DNA from: Schmidtea polychroa
Taxonomy: Eukaryota
NCBI GenBank assembly: GCA_044892525.1
Contig: CM097885.1
Location: 114,576,001 to 114,640,000 of the forward strand
Direction of reading: 5' to 3'
DNA length: 64,000 nt
Part shown: positions 37,135 to 51,100 of the stretch, piece by piece
How positions within the stretch are numbered: the first letter of the stretch is position 1
How the letters are laid out: each line of letters starts with the position of its first letter
Program-made: the position numbers and the translations under genes
The notes under the pieces: model-generated
Database searches by the model: none
Told to the model about the DNA's origin: nothing
What the model saw: the letters and a program-made list of their open reading frames with translations, nothing else

Positions 37135-38119
37135 TGATTTTACGAAAATGTAATGTCAAGTATGTTTTATATTCTTTTCCAAATATGTATTTTCTACTAT
37201 AATCTCGTATATTGATTTCTATATTGTTTATATATGAAGACGATACCTGCAAGTACATTGGATTCTTTTCAATTATTTGTACTAAATCATCTTTTTTTAT
37301 GTTTTTCCACCCAAATACATTTCAATAGAGGAACCAATGTATCACCAACAATAATTGGTTCGATAATATTTGTATAGATCATCAATTGTTGATTGCGCTG
37401 TAATATTTCAGGTTCTTTGAAATCAATAATAAGTTTGTCAGTATATGCTTCTACTAATAATCCTAAACTATTAGCTAAAAACTTACTAAATTAAACTTTA
37501 CTGACATCATCATCCATTACAATTTTAACGATTTTTCCTTTTTGAATATCAACAGATTTAAATGTATTTCAGATAAAGTATTGATGTATAATTCATCTTC
37601 GAAATAATGTTCAAATTTTGTTTTTTCAACAACACTTATAATTATACCAAATTGATCAATTGTTTTATCTTCTGTAAATTTAGGTAATTTAATTCGAAAA
37701 TGATCAGTATCACTAATAACCGATACTGATTTTAATCCAGATTTAATAGCATGTTCAAAATCTGGAAACGTTATTTTAAATGGAACATGTGGACAAACAA
37801 CAACCAAATTCTCATATCTTTCAATGAACATGTCAACTTCAGAAGTATTTGTAGGAATTATTACTTCAAAGGTTCGATTTGAATTATTTATTCTAAAATA
37901 TTTAATTTCTTCATCCATCTTTACTTTTTCATATTGTATCAATGAATTACTGTAATAAGGAAAAGTGTTATACACAAAAGTAAAGTCCATGAGAGCTACT
38001 TCCCATTCACCATCCAAGTACATTAGATTTTGAAATTCGACATTAAATTTACTAGCTTCATTATCAGGGAAAATAAGAGGACAACTATTAGAAGGTAAAA
38101 TAATATAAAAATCTTTCAT
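37135..38119 (-). pseudogene. Maverick B minor capsid (penton-like)
   Basis: MKDFYIILPSNS..IFPDNEASKF.V......LDGEWEVAL; C-terminal YVGDTLVPL...IEINIRD in a shifted frame. Confidence 0.85.
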
Positions 38120-38124
38120 AATAT

Positions 38125-39203
38125 TTATTTAATCAATTGATTTTCGGATATCCAAGTTGGAGTTTCATATCCATGCCATTTAACATAGTATTGTTTATAT
38201 TTACCATCTTTTTTGGTTTTTAAAATCTTTTGAATTCTAAATATTGTAGGAGCAGAAATAACTTGGAGTTCTTGTTCATAGAATTTACCAGTGATTGGTT
38301 TGTTTTCATGATCAACTATCACATACATGACAGGATTCTGTTTTTTATCGATTTTCAAAATTTGATATACTTCATCACTCCAATTATTATCAAAGTTTTT
38401 GATGAATGGTGAAGAATTGATTTTACTAATTCTTACATGATCACCAACCTTGTATTTTGGTTTATTGATTTTTTCTATCTTTGTTTGATTTTTAGTAAAA
38501 TCAACAGGTGTTTGTCCTTTGCGGCGAATGATTGTAACTGAAAATAAATTTTGGCAAAACATTTATCCAAGTTTTATTACCTTGATATACAAAATATTTT
38601 TTCAATCGTTCTCTTAAAGTTCGATTAAATCATTCTACATGAGCAGCTTTGAACTGAGAAAATACCGAGTAGTTGTTTATTCCTTTGATAACCTCTTTAA
38701 CTTTGCTGTTATAAAATTCTTTACCTATATCAAATATTTAAAGATTACTTAATTAAATTTAATTACCTAAATCGGTTTGTAAATTAACAGGTTTACCATC
38801 TGCAAACATTTCTTTTATCGCATCAGCTATTTCATTCGCAGATTTAGTTTTTGTAGAACAGCACGAACATATCTATTAATAACATCAATACAAGTCAGAA
38901 TATATTTGTACCCCTTGTTAATTTTTAATAAGGTATCATTTCCATCTAATCCATTTGCCATACATCATTGTTTCCAATTGTTATGTATGGTCTTGTTGGA
39001 AATCGTTTCAACATTGGTTTATTTAAACTTAATGCTAATTGATTAGATAACCATTTCTGAGTTTCTTTCTTTGAATTATTCACTCGTTTTGTTAATTTTT
39101 CTACACCACCAATACCATCTGGATCTTTTGGGTTTGTCCATATTGTCTTGAACTTTTTCTCTTTTATTTTCTCGTTTGTTTTCACCCTTTTCACTTTTTT
39201 CAT
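38125..39203 (-). pseudogene. Maverick B retroviral-like (rve) integrase with chromodomain-like tail
   Basis: GGVEKL...WL...SLNKP..KRFP, WQMD, YILTCIDV, LQTDLG, KYKVGDHVRISK, WSDEVY, FYEQELQ, YYVKWHGY. Confidence 0.9.
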
Positions 39204-39284
39204 TTTTTGTTTTGTGATACTTTTCCTACATTATTACAATACTTTGTCAAAATATTAAAATCTACAATATTTTTATTTGGTAAT

Positions 39285-39681
39285 AAATTTTGTATTGAAA
39301 ATCCCTGGATCAATTGAGACCCCCTCACTATAGTCTGAATAATACTGGCCTTTTTCTATATGGCCTATCTAAATGTATTGAAAAAAAAAGTTTGTATTGA
39401 AAATCCCAGGACCATGGAGACCCCCTCATTATAGTCTGAATAATCCATGCTTTTTCAGTGAAGACTGCCTTTTTCTATTGAAAAAAAAATTTGTATTGAA
39501 AATCCTTGGATCAATTGAAACCCACTCACTACAGTTTGATAAAAAAGAATTTTGTACTAAAAATCCCTGAAAGCAAAGAAAGTGAGTTGGAACAATTGCG
39601 TAGTCAAAAGTTGGAATTATTTACCCCCCCTCCCCCCCCCCCCTCGGGGGTGGTAATTGTTCCAAGGCGCTCCTAACTACT
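39285..39681. repeat. Maverick B probable terminal repeat: ~110-bp subterminal repeats, hairpin and ACTACT end
   Basis: Three copies of TGTATTGAAAATCC(C/T)...GA(G/A)ACCC..TCA(C/T)TA(T/C)AGT; TTGGAACAATT/AATTGTTCCAA inverted pair; ACTACT at 39676-39681 (AGTAGT on the minus strand). Confidence 0.6.
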
Positions 39682-40567
39682 TGCTAGCGTACAATACAAC
39701 AATAATTACCGTGGAGGGTCCAAATAAATCTGTGTTTGTTCAAATGCCGCCAAGTTTATGAATAGTTTATATCTTATAGATAGACTAAAATGTTTAGACT
39801 CAAAAGATTATTCGAAAGAATGGAGAATTTAGAGACCGGTTATAATCTCTCATTTCAATATATACAATCCTTACAAAGTAAATTATATGATGAACTTAAG
39901 CAGTTATGATAATTCCTAATAAACATGATCGTTTGTTTAGAAATATTGAAATATTGAGCAATCAAAGGATCTATAATATAATTGAAAACCATAATTCAAC
40001 TTCGACGATGCCAAACAATGTCGACAAACATGAGTACATCAGAATTTACCCGTTGCTAATTTAAATTATTTCATTGTTTAATGAATGTATTGCTTATTTC
40101 ATTGTCTAAATAAATTTCTTTCATGAAACCTTCAAAGTGACACTTGCGTTACCTTTACATCATTTGCAATGACATCATAAACCTTCGAAAATACCATTGA
40201 AAACCATATAAATGATACCTCATTTACCTTGTTACGATACTTGAAATATTTTTGATTTTTCCTTAAATTTTGTCCATTATTGATGTTTTCATATACAGAC
40301 ACATACATTTCCCGCCCCAAAATATATATTTTCATAAATTTTTACAAAGATTCATATTTCTCCTTTAAATATTTCGAAAATTTCCTTAAATTTAATCCCG
40401 TTTAGTCACTTTATCTGGTTGTTCTTGGATATATGTAATCTGTGGGTAAACATTTCAATGTTTAAATATTTGATCAATATTTTAATTAATGTTTTATCTA
40501 TTTCAATCTAACTTACATTTAGATTTTCAAATTAATTTTTTTTATAAATTAAATATTTTTATTTTAG

Positions 40568-40861
40568 CTTTTGCATCCATTGGGTGATAATAGTCCAATA
40601 CAAAACTTTTTAGACAAGAATAAAGCAGGTGGTATTCATCATATATGTTTAGAAGTAACTGAAATTTTTAAAAATAAGTTTCATGTCTTTATTAAATAGG
40701 TAGATAATATTAAAGAAGCAATGAAAGATTTAAAAGTTCATAATGTGAGAACGCTTGGTGACGAACCAAAGGTTGGGGCTCATGGATTTCCAGTTATATT
40801 TCTTCATCCTAAAGATGTTAATGGTGTTCTTACTGAGTTAGAAGAACCTAAAAAATCATAA
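40568..40861 (+). CDS. MCEE: Methylmalonyl-CoA epimerase, exons 5-6 (40568-40654, 40700-40861)
   Basis: LLHPLGDNSPIQNFLDKNKAGGIHHICLE | VDNIKEAM...PKVGAHGFPVIFLHPKDVNGVLTELEEPKKS*; total protein 158 aa; intron 4 is 27201-40567 (13,367 bp). Confidence 0.95.
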
Positions 40862-41949
40862 TTTAATTTTAATTTTTGTTTATATTATATTTTTATTTAT
40901 ATGCTTTCCTTTCATTTATAAAATTATATAAATGCATGTATAATACATTTTTCTATTAAATAAATAGATTTAATTAAATATATTTTTATTTATTTATCAT
41001 AACTAAAATATATAAATAAATTTTCTTTTAAATCTACCAACAAGAAACTTTTGATTCTTATCCTTTATGATTATTATTCTTTACCTATTTAGCAGTTAAT
41101 GAAATATTGTTGTTATATTGCTGTTGGGGCTGCTGGCATAAACTCCTCGTAATCGTCGTCAAGGTTGATCGTGAGTTCTTAGAGTAGTTCTCTGGGACGT
41201 TGAAGGCGGTCTTTACTTGGATTGCTCATCTCAACCAGCTTGGGTATTGGGTTGGTTGGTTGGTTGTGAGAGAACAGTACTACTGGTACGATGTGGTGAG
41301 GTGGGGTAATATCTGCTTGTTATGCAGTCACTAGATGCGGGAAATGAGTCTCTAATTCTACTCTAGTGTAGACACTCATCAACGTATGACTTTGCAATCA
41401 ATTCATTTTGACATCGATTTAGCCGATGCATTTGTTTTCTTATTTTGTGCAACATTTCTGGCACAAACCAAATTCTTTCTATTCCTTCGATCTCTTTGTC
41501 TTATTTTCTATGTTTAGTATTACAATTTTCCTTCACTACTTGTGGGCATTGTAGACACGTCAATTTCCGTCGTTCGCTTTGTTTCGGTCATGTTCCCGAA
41601 GAAATCCATTTATTATTTAAATTAAACGGTATTATTGAATTAATGACCTCGTTTTCATGAATTAAACCGCATTTCATTTTTCTCCATTTAAATCTAATTT
41701 ATAGAGATAAAAAACGGTGGGGTAATGTAGAAATGCACAAAATAAAAATTGAAACAAAAAAGTCAATAAAAATATCGGAATGACAAAAGTGCAAAGATTA
41801 ATTAAAAAATTTGAAAATTTGAAAAATAATATTGATCGGAAGAAATGGATGGGGTTGAACGACAAATCAAGTGATGCGCGCTTGAGTCCCCAGGGAAAGT
41901 TTTAACGTAAAAACAAATTAAAAATTAATTAAGGCAGGTTATATAAAAC

Positions 41950-42200
41950 GAACAATGCGCCACAAACTTTACAGTCTATTGCAAAGGCCGGATGAGTCTG
42001 TAATGGGATTGCATATCCCTTAAGCTCTCTCTTATCAAGTAAGCTTTTGAAATGAAACCTGAAAAAGCTGATGTAACGAAACTAGTTAAAGACCTATTTT
42101 TGACGGGAGTGAAAAAGGATATCAAAAAGCCCTATTTCAAAAACTTCGACGAATTTATTAAAATTCTGAAAATTGAATTGAATTTCAAAACTACACAATC
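41950..42200 (+). mobile_element. Retrotransposon gag remnant
   Basis: LYSLLQRPDESVM...KDLFLTGV resembles the Q...ESV..Y...D.F..GL gag motif. Confidence 0.45.
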
Positions 42201-44549
42201 CAAAGCATAATCTTTTGAAACTATTAATGAGCCAAGAGAAAGATCAATAACGCCAGTCAGAAATAATTTACTCCAGAAAGCAACTTCAGGGTGAAGTTTG
42301 AACCCAGAAAATCAAAATTCAGCCCAAATGATGAGGCAGAAAGGCCAATCCAATGCAGTTATAGTAACAGAATTAGGCTTTACTTAAACCATTGTTGATT
42401 TAAAATAATTCATGCAGAAGCCCAAGCCTCGTTCAAAGACAAGGACATAGCGACAATCAGTTTTTTTAAAAATAATAGACAACCAAGCCCAATGATAATG
42501 TGGTCAGATTGGTTGAAAATGTGATTGTGAGAAGAGCCCCAATAAAAAATTGTTTTGCAAGATTAAGAGCTCCATCAACGTCACCATCACAACAGAGGGG
42601 CAGGAGGATATAAGGTAAAATTCAATGTCACTCTTGTAGAGATTATGGCCATATGGCTAGAACATGTCAAAAGAATAATAAAATATTCTAAAGACAGATG
42701 TTAAAGAAAACTAGATGTTAGGTTCGATGCGGTACTCGATCTAACACAGATAACGTTTGACTCCGCTGGTAATAATAGGTTGCGTATATAACATTTATTA
42801 AACAAATTAATAACGATATGGATTTAAATATTTATTGAATCAAAATTATATATATAACACAACTAATTAATAAAAAGAAAACTGGTTGATTGCTAAAGTA
42901 TAGATATCGGTTATTCAAACCGTCCTGAAGGTTATTACTAAGTATCAAGGCTCGCCCTAAATGCGCCAACAGCCCGATATAGGTGCTAAGGATAAAGACG
43001 AGGGTGATTCCCGTAAATTTAACACTATAGTCTAAATCCCAGAAATGGATAAGACTTAATTTTTTAACAAAGCGAAACAGTAACAAAAGACGTACTGACG
43101 CTTTGACCCTTTATATGTATATATTTTGGATAAATTAATATGTTAACAAATAAAAGATATAAACTAACTAATATTTTTTTTATCTGCAACTAATTAGGTA
43201 AATATGAATAGATAGAACCCGATAGTGGTTATTGTCTATTCCAACTTGAGTTTGTCAAAAAATTCCAAATAATTTGCTCAGAGAGATGTCAACTTTTCAA
43301 TCGATAAGTATCACGCTATCCAACTTAAATTAGAATTGAAATTATGCGCTTGCGATAATCGAAATTGTTCAATTATGTTTAGTTTCAATCTGACTTTCTT
43401 CTAATTAAGATTTATTGTGAGCCTTCTCCGTAATTCTAATATTTTCCCGTCCGTTTCTTGCATATTTAATATTCGTCCTTAAACTAAAATTTATAACTCA
43501 ACAATATCTATTTTTAGTTACTAAAATACTATTATTATTCAAAATCTAAATATAGTAATTGTTTATTGCTATTTATATTTTAACTCTAACTATAGTAATT
43601 ATTTTCTATTTTAAGTAATTATTAAATGCTATTTTTAATTTATCGTGGTTCCTTTCCTAAAATCTCTTTATGTCCTTATCTTGGCTCCTATTGAACCCCA
43701 ACATAGATTCCAAAGCGTTTGTGCCTCCAAATTATTTTAATGATAGAATTGAAAATGAGATGAAACAAGTAACTCGACGTTAATCTGATCTATCGGATCT
43801 CGCTGCGCATCGGGTTTCATTCCATGGGATCAGGTTATTTTCCGGATTAACTTTCCCTGTGAACACCTTATTAAATTTTCATTATAATTTCTGAACTCTT
43901 ATATCCATTTGGCGTTCAACCAAACCCGATACCCGATCAATATTGATTTTTGATTTTTTTGTAAATTAATTTTGCACTTTTATCGATTTTACCATTATTT
44001 ATTATGCTTTCGTTTTACTTATAAATTTTGTTTTTGCGCTAACCCCAACATATCTACCCTTTAATCAGGATTTATCCACGAATCTATTAATTTATCAATT
44101 ATTTATTAAAATGATAGAGTACTCTCAATAACATAATGACAATTTATAATAATAATAATATTAATTATTGGCATCCCTTTCACACTATTAGGATTCTCAT
44201 TCGTTAGAACATCAATATCTTTTTGCAAATCACTAAATAATTCCATAAATTTTATTTAATAAATCAAACGCTCAAAACGGTTTTCTTTTGTTTCTTATTT
44301 AAACAAATTTCAATTTTTCTTTTAAAATATATTTCGATAAAAAATTTTTAAAATTTAACAAAGTTTCTAATTAAAACTTTAAGAATCTTTCATCTTCCTT
44401 ATATCCCACTTCTTAAGAATTTTTTAAAGTTTTTCCACGTTTCTTTCAATCTTTTTTATCATTCTCGTTTCTTAAATGTATCGTTTAACATGCACTTTCT
44501 CGATCACTTTATATGGTCCCTCATATCTGTCCTGGCTTTTGTTGCGTGT

Positions 44550-45571
44550 TTATAATTTTACTAACACATATTCTCCTTGTTTGTTCTTTTTGTTCTTCCT
44601 TTACCTGTTTTTCTTTTGACCCGCAACATTTTTCCCTGCTAATCCTTTAATCAAAACACTATTTCAGTCGGGCTTTTCCTGTCGTTTTTATTTTGGTTGC
44701 ATTTAATGTTAATTCGACTTCTGGTAATATCTCTGCCCAATCTGTCTTCCTTCTGTCCCGTAAAGTAGCATTTATCAGCTCTCGTATTTTCCTGAATTGC
44801 CTTTCTATCTGTCGATTTGTTTGGTAATGGTATGGATTTGTAAGTCGTAACTTAATATCAAGTTTCTATGTGAATTCTCTCATCATTCCTGATTCAAACG
44901 CCTTTCCATAATCAAATCTTATCTCCTTTGGGCATCCAAATCCCTAAATCCATTTTTCTAAAATCGTTTTCTTTATTGTTTCGTCATCTTGTCTTGTTAT
45001 AGCTGTCAAGACTTGATACTTACTATATTGGTCTATTATAACCAATATATACTTCTTGCGTCCATTTTTTTCTTGCATTGATCCACATATATCCACGAAT
45101 ATAATTTCGAACATTTCTGTTGATTCTAGTATTTTTACTGGTTCCTCCGATGTAATTGTTATAGCTTTGGTTTTTTGATCAGTCTCACAACTTCGAATAG
45201 TTTCCTGAATCTGACTTCACAAGGTTTTTCCAATATATCTATCTTTCATATAATCGGCTATCTTTTCGACTCCAGCATGATACAATAGTCTATGGATTTC
45301 CTTTATGGTTTTTGTATCTCGTTTTATGGTATCATCGTTCTCTTTCTTCATTCTTCATCCAAACTTCCTTTTTGAATGGTGCTCCTACCTTCTTCTCTGA
45401 TCGAGTCTAGTAATGTAATTTTATCTTTCCTCTCTTAGCTTCTTCGTGGGTAATTTTGACATTGACCACACGTTTCACATTTAGTTCTGGACACCATGTC
45501 TGCATTTTGCTGATTAACACCCATTCTGTATTCACCGATTATATCTAAAATTCTCAAATAATTGATCCAGG
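44550..45571 (-). mobile_element. Ty3/Gypsy pol (RNase H end plus integrase), left part of the host element split by the large LTR element
   Basis: WINYL...NADMVSR; YHAGVEK; IFVDICG; FGCPKEIRFDYGKAF; PYHYQTNRQIER. Confidence 0.88.
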
Positions 45572-47118
45572 TGTTGGGCTGAAAACGAGAACTGAGAGTT
45601 TGTTTTAATCGATCGAAAATACCTAACACAAAAACCACAAATTTGAAAATAATCTATGATCAAGATCTAATTTAAAATAAATGAAATAAATTACATCACA
45701 CATTAAGAACCAATAAACCCTGTATAATAGAATAAGAGATAAATAAATTTAACAAAAAATTCAACACTTAAAAATTTAAATAGAAAAATAATAAAATATA
45801 AAATAGAATTAGTTGAAAATTATTTAAACAATATAAAAATAAAATCGTCAAAAATAATAAAATTAGTTAGCATTATATAAATTGTAAAGTTTATAGAATT
45901 AAATGGTTATTTAACTTATTAAATTTAAAGAATAAAAATGTTTAAATTAATAAAAATTAATATAACTCAAATTATTTAAATTATAAAATTTATAAAATTA
46001 AAATTAATAAAAATTAAATAAGAAATTAATTAAATTTAGTGAATTAAAACAAATAAACAATTGCACACACTCATGCATGTATGCAAGACTAATTCAGAAT
46101 TTCTCGCACTCTGATTGGATAGAGTGGCAGCAAATGCATGAAAAATCAGTATAAATACTGATCACAAATTCATTTAAAACTACTACTTTTTCTCTAACAT
46201 CAAAATTTAGTTGTAGCCAGTGAAGCTCTCAGTTTTCGATTTTATGCCCACGTGGATTTGGTAATTTATTTTTTATTGTTGTAGTAATTTTATGAGATGA
46301 TTAAATTTAATATGCAATAAAATTTTTAGTTAAATTTTCTTTTGTTATTTTCTTTTAATTGTTTAATTTCATTTAGTTGCAGATATTAAATAACATTTTT
46401 TATTGTGTTCAATTTTTATACTAACTGATTACGAACGTTAGTACCGCTGAATTGAGATTCAGCATATCATGGTTTGAGGTACCTTCGGGATGCTCAGACT
46501 GGTGGGTATGCTGGTTTTTCAATCGCGCAGCTGGATTGGGCCGGAATGTGGGGGCTTCCTCACGGGTCCTATCGCTGGAAGTACTGTGGTCAAATGTAGG
46601 TTAGGACTGAGAATACAGGCAGATCCCTGCTCAAATTTTTTGAAGTATAACGTAAATATTATGGGAAGCGTGGATTAACTTGAAAATAAGGGCCAATCCC
46701 TGCTCAAATTTTTCAAAGGATAATTTAGATATTGTAGGAAGTGTAGAACAATAATTATTAGCTGGAAAATAAGGGCGGATCCCTGCACAAAATTTTATAA
46801 GAGAACAATTAGAAATACCCGTAATTGAGGACCAACAACGATTCAAAAATAGCATACACAGTGAATAATGACGTAAGACCTTCTATCGGCAGTCTAGAAC
46901 CCGAAAAGAAAATACAATGGGGAGTAGTTTTAGTAATAGAGCTCACCTGCTCATTGTTTTTTCGCCTTTGTGTACAGTACCAACATGGTCGTCACCATGG
47001 GTACACAAATGGTTTAAATTTTAATAGTCATGGAGGTGCTTAGGAAAGAGTCGAACGATTATGATTACCCCTAACGCATTTTAAAATGTAAAAATGATAC
47101 ACCCCTAAGTAACCAACA
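45572..47118 (+). repeat. 5' LTR
   Basis: Direct repeat of 58913-60459; the only differences I noticed are two A/T changes near 45795 / 59135. Confidence 0.95.
46114..46161 (+). promoter_or_regulatory. LTR CCAAT (ATTGG) and TATA boxes
   Basis: ATTGG at 46114 and TCAGTATAAATACTGA at 46146-46161; conserved in the variant LTR. Confidence 0.6.
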
Positions 47119-47125
47119 TGATTTT

Positions 47126-47143
47126 TGGGGGCTCAGCCGGGAT
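47126..47143 (+). promoter_or_regulatory. Primer-binding site complementary to the tRNA-Pro 3' end
   Basis: TGGGGGCTCAGCCGGGAT matches the canonical PBS-Pro TGGGGGCTCGTCCGGGAT at 16 of 18 positions, 7 nt after the 5' LTR. Confidence 0.88.
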
Positions 47144-47838
47144 TCTCTCTATTTCAAACATTGTTCAAGAATTTATTTTGATAAATCGATTCACGGAATT
47201 CGAATTTAGTATCAGTATCAATCATAACATTTTAGTAGCCAGCCAAACTACTCTAAAGCTTATTAGTGGGAAATCATTAATTTTAATTTTTGCTGTAGTT
47301 ATGTGTTAATTATCTATGATTTAATATAGCTATATTTGTAATGTATCATTAAATGTTTTTGAGTAAATTATTTTCTTTCTCTTACCGAGTTTATTAAATT
47401 AAATTAACAAATTTTTATTTAAAGTAGGAAGACATGAAATAGAAATCATTTATTGTATTACACCTTAATAATTTATATTTATTAAGATTTATTACCTCGC
47501 CTGAGTGGTATGCTGGTCCAGGGTAAAGAGGAATTCCGCCCTTGTACCTGATAGTCCAGATACTATTTCATAGTTCGATCAGCAGTTCAGTGAGGGTGCT
47601 CATAGGGAGACCGCCTAAGTCCAAATATTGATGTGAGACTTGGAAATTTTTCTGTTTTGCCGAAGGCATAACGATTTTACTCCATTAGGAAAAATACGAG
47701 TGTCCGAATGATGAGAATGAGGATGAATAATTCTTAGTTAGCCAGAGAGAGATATGAGAAGCCGAGATAAAATAATACGTATCACTGAGCGAGCATGATG
47801 GTTATTGAAGTGACCACACAGATAATGTCATAATCCAC

Positions 47839-48186
47839 AAAATTCAACAATAACGTACAAATAGTAGTATTCGGAAATATGCGCATTATAATAATTCCAC
47901 CAACAAACATAGAAAGTAGAGAGTAACTCTACTGGTGCATTTTTTTTTTCTTTTATTTTTGTAGAAGGTTTTCTTTTTGGTTGTCTAATGAGCATATGAA
48001 AATTGTCCTTGTGGTATTTGAAGCATTAATGACAGAAATCTATTAGTTTTCAATTCAAAATTTGTGCAAATTTTATCGATTAAGTGTGAATATAACAAGA
48101 AATTCATAATTTAACTTTATTAAATTTATTTCATGTTCACTCGCATTTTAAATTATCCAGATACAGCTGTTGATTTTGTATCATTA
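47839..48186 (+). repeat. ~346-bp segment duplicated at 62915-63260
   Basis: Identical apart from the length of one poly-T run. Confidence 0.95.
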
Positions 48187-51100
48187 TTATTTCCTGTGAC
48201 ATTATTCAACTCACTTGATGAAAATGCGTTCGGCTGTTGCTGCGTGGCTGGTGGCGTTGTCAAATGTTTCTAAAAATTAAACAATGTCATATATTAAAAA
48301 TTCAATCAAATAAATTGTTGAGCAACACGTTTTCGCATCAGCGGTGACATAATGTGTGTAAGTGTGCGAATTTGTGTGACATGACCTGTCACAATTTGTC
48401 ACAACAAGTCCAATTTGTAAATTTTCTCATAGAGTCAATGAGCAGATTTTCGGTTTGATTGAGAGACCACTCAAGAGCGGCGCCAATTTATCTGTCAATC
48501 AAGTAAGCGGTCCGTTTGATGTGTCGATTATAATCGGCAACAGATAAAAACAGATCTGACAATCGTAGTTGGATATTTCTACACACACACGTGTACACAT
48601 ACACACTAGAAGATATTCAGAGATCTCTCACATTCACTGAACGACATATTGAAATGTCGGCCAAGTGCAGGCAGGATGATTGGCATAGTCGAGACAATTA
48701 TATCAAAGAACTGTCGGCTAGTGTTATGTGAACAGCAACACAACCGGAACAGGCTTGCTACTTCGGCGGCTTTCTCAACGAATTTCATTGATTGATTATT
48801 TATGAATCGCAGAGCGGTCGTCGTATTTTGCATTTGGATGATTGCTGTAGTATTCAGACGAAATTGAAATTTTATGAGATTTACAACACGAAAATGGAAT
48901 TTGTTTTTATTGATGTTAACATGTCTATCAATTGGAATAATGATTCGAATATTTACTTTTGAAAATGATGCTGGAAATTTGATTAGTTCTTCGATTCATT
49001 GTAATTTCTCTCGGTTCGTTTCGTTGTTTTTGTCGATGTCGAATAAAACTTTGAGCGACTATCAAATCTTACATGAAACCCCATTAATGAATATTCATTT
49101 GAATTTTTCCCACATCAAATACATCAATGCGTTGATAGTCAGTTTATTTTTCTGATATTCTGGATTTAGGTGTAGTTAGTGAAGGTATGTAATCTCGGTA
49201 ATGTACTCATTTCCCCAAAGCACATTCAATTATCATAAATGAGACATTCATTTAGCTTTGCCAAATAGGCTTTGTTTTGGATTTAGTTAATTTTAAGATT
49301 TTTGTAAAAATAATGAATAAAGAAGTAAGATATTTATTTATTTGTTCTGATGTGCATTGAATTTTTCATGGTTTATCTAAAATATCAAGAATTTAGGGAA
49401 GAATCTTTAATATGATTGTTTATGTGATCGAGTGATGGCCGAGTGCCGGTTGGTGTGTCGGCCTCTGTCGCGACGTGGGTTTGTTCCGGTGGATTGTTTC
49501 TTTATTTTCAAGAGAGCGGCTTGGAATGGTTATATATATTTTTCATTGATTTTGTGGACTTTACTAATTGAATCTTTACTAATTAATGTTTTATAAGTAT
49601 TTTAAAATTCAGTTTTCAATAAAATTATGTATGGCTTTCTATTTTTGATTTAATTAGTTAGGATGAGACGGAGGGTTGTCAGATTTGCATGCATGGAAAA
49701 TGATCATTAATTATGTTATTATGGCATTTTGTACCTGTATATAAATTTATATGCACTTAAATAATTATTGTTAGGCAGTAATGGGATAATCAATGTATTG
49801 CTTTTGTGGGTACAAATAGAGATATTCTTCGTTGCTTAAATTGCATTGGAATGATGAATTAGTAGTTTGTTTTGAGTTTTGTTGTGGAATGATTGTTCTG
49901 ACTCGTGATAATATTTATGTTATAAAACTATGAAATGTGAATTTTTGAACAAATACTGCCAAATTGGTGAATGAATGTAGTGATGGTCTTCGTAGTATGG
50001 AAACTTCTTGGAAGGTACACTGATAGATGAAGAATTAATAGTATGAATGATTATATGCATATGATATATCAGAATGTATGGATTAAAGGGTTTATGAAAA
50101 AGTAAGCTACATATGATTCTGGTATTGAGTTGTCGATACATACAGTATATGATAAGGAATGTTTACACCAATTATGCTCTACCTGTAATACTTTCTACAC
50201 ATACCAAGCCAAGGGTAGAGTACCCAAGGAGGTTGGAAGGCGTCGGTAAAAGGAAAAGATTAAACCCTAAAAACGATCGAATAAACATTCAAATAAAAAA
50301 TATGATAAGACTCGACAGATAACAAAGCACCAAACGATAAATAAAGCAAGTGATAACCATGCCTTAGCTTCTGCAAATGTGAATCTGAGACGAACGACAT
50401 TAAAGATAAAGAGATGAGTTTACCAGACGAAACGGAGCGAATCAACAGATTCTACTGAAAGTAAAAGAAAGTGAAGACATGGAAAGACATCGAAACATCA
50501 CGAATAGAAATAATAACTATATATCATCAACACCTAGAATGAACAAAAGCGTTAAGTAAAAGACCAAAAACAAGAACTAAACTTGTCTGCAAGATAGATG
50601 AAGGGATATAACTCGCTGGTAACTAGAAAAATAAATATGAACCAAAGACAATCGAGAATAACTATTAAAAAAAATAAAACCACAGTATAAAAAGGGAGCA
50701 AAAATAAAACGAAATAAAATCTTCGTGACAAAGACAGTGAAAAACTTTGCAAAATAGGCGAACATCACAGACATCAAGGATATGTCGAAAATGAATTTTA
50801 AAAATTTATGTAGAACGGCTCAGGAAGTTAACAAAGTAAATACAGAAATTAAGGAAAATAACTCCACAAGACACCGGAATAACGTGGTGGATATCGACAA
50901 AGGATCCGGCGAAAGAAACCAAGAAGCCCAAGGTTAGCCAAAGTAATATGAATATACATGACAGTTATACGTACGATGCTCATATTAATAACCGGAATGA
51001 ACTATGAAAAATTTTCTAACGTCAACGATAGAGAATGGGAAACAATTAGAACCAGACGGGTGAAATATACAGTAAATGAAAGAGTACAGAACGCTAAACT

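Noticed and set aside
42716-42748. TGTTAG...CTAACA mini inverted repeat resembling a collapsed LTR
   Set aside because: Flanks (TAGA vs CAGA) are not an exact TSD and a 6-bp stem is expected by chance.
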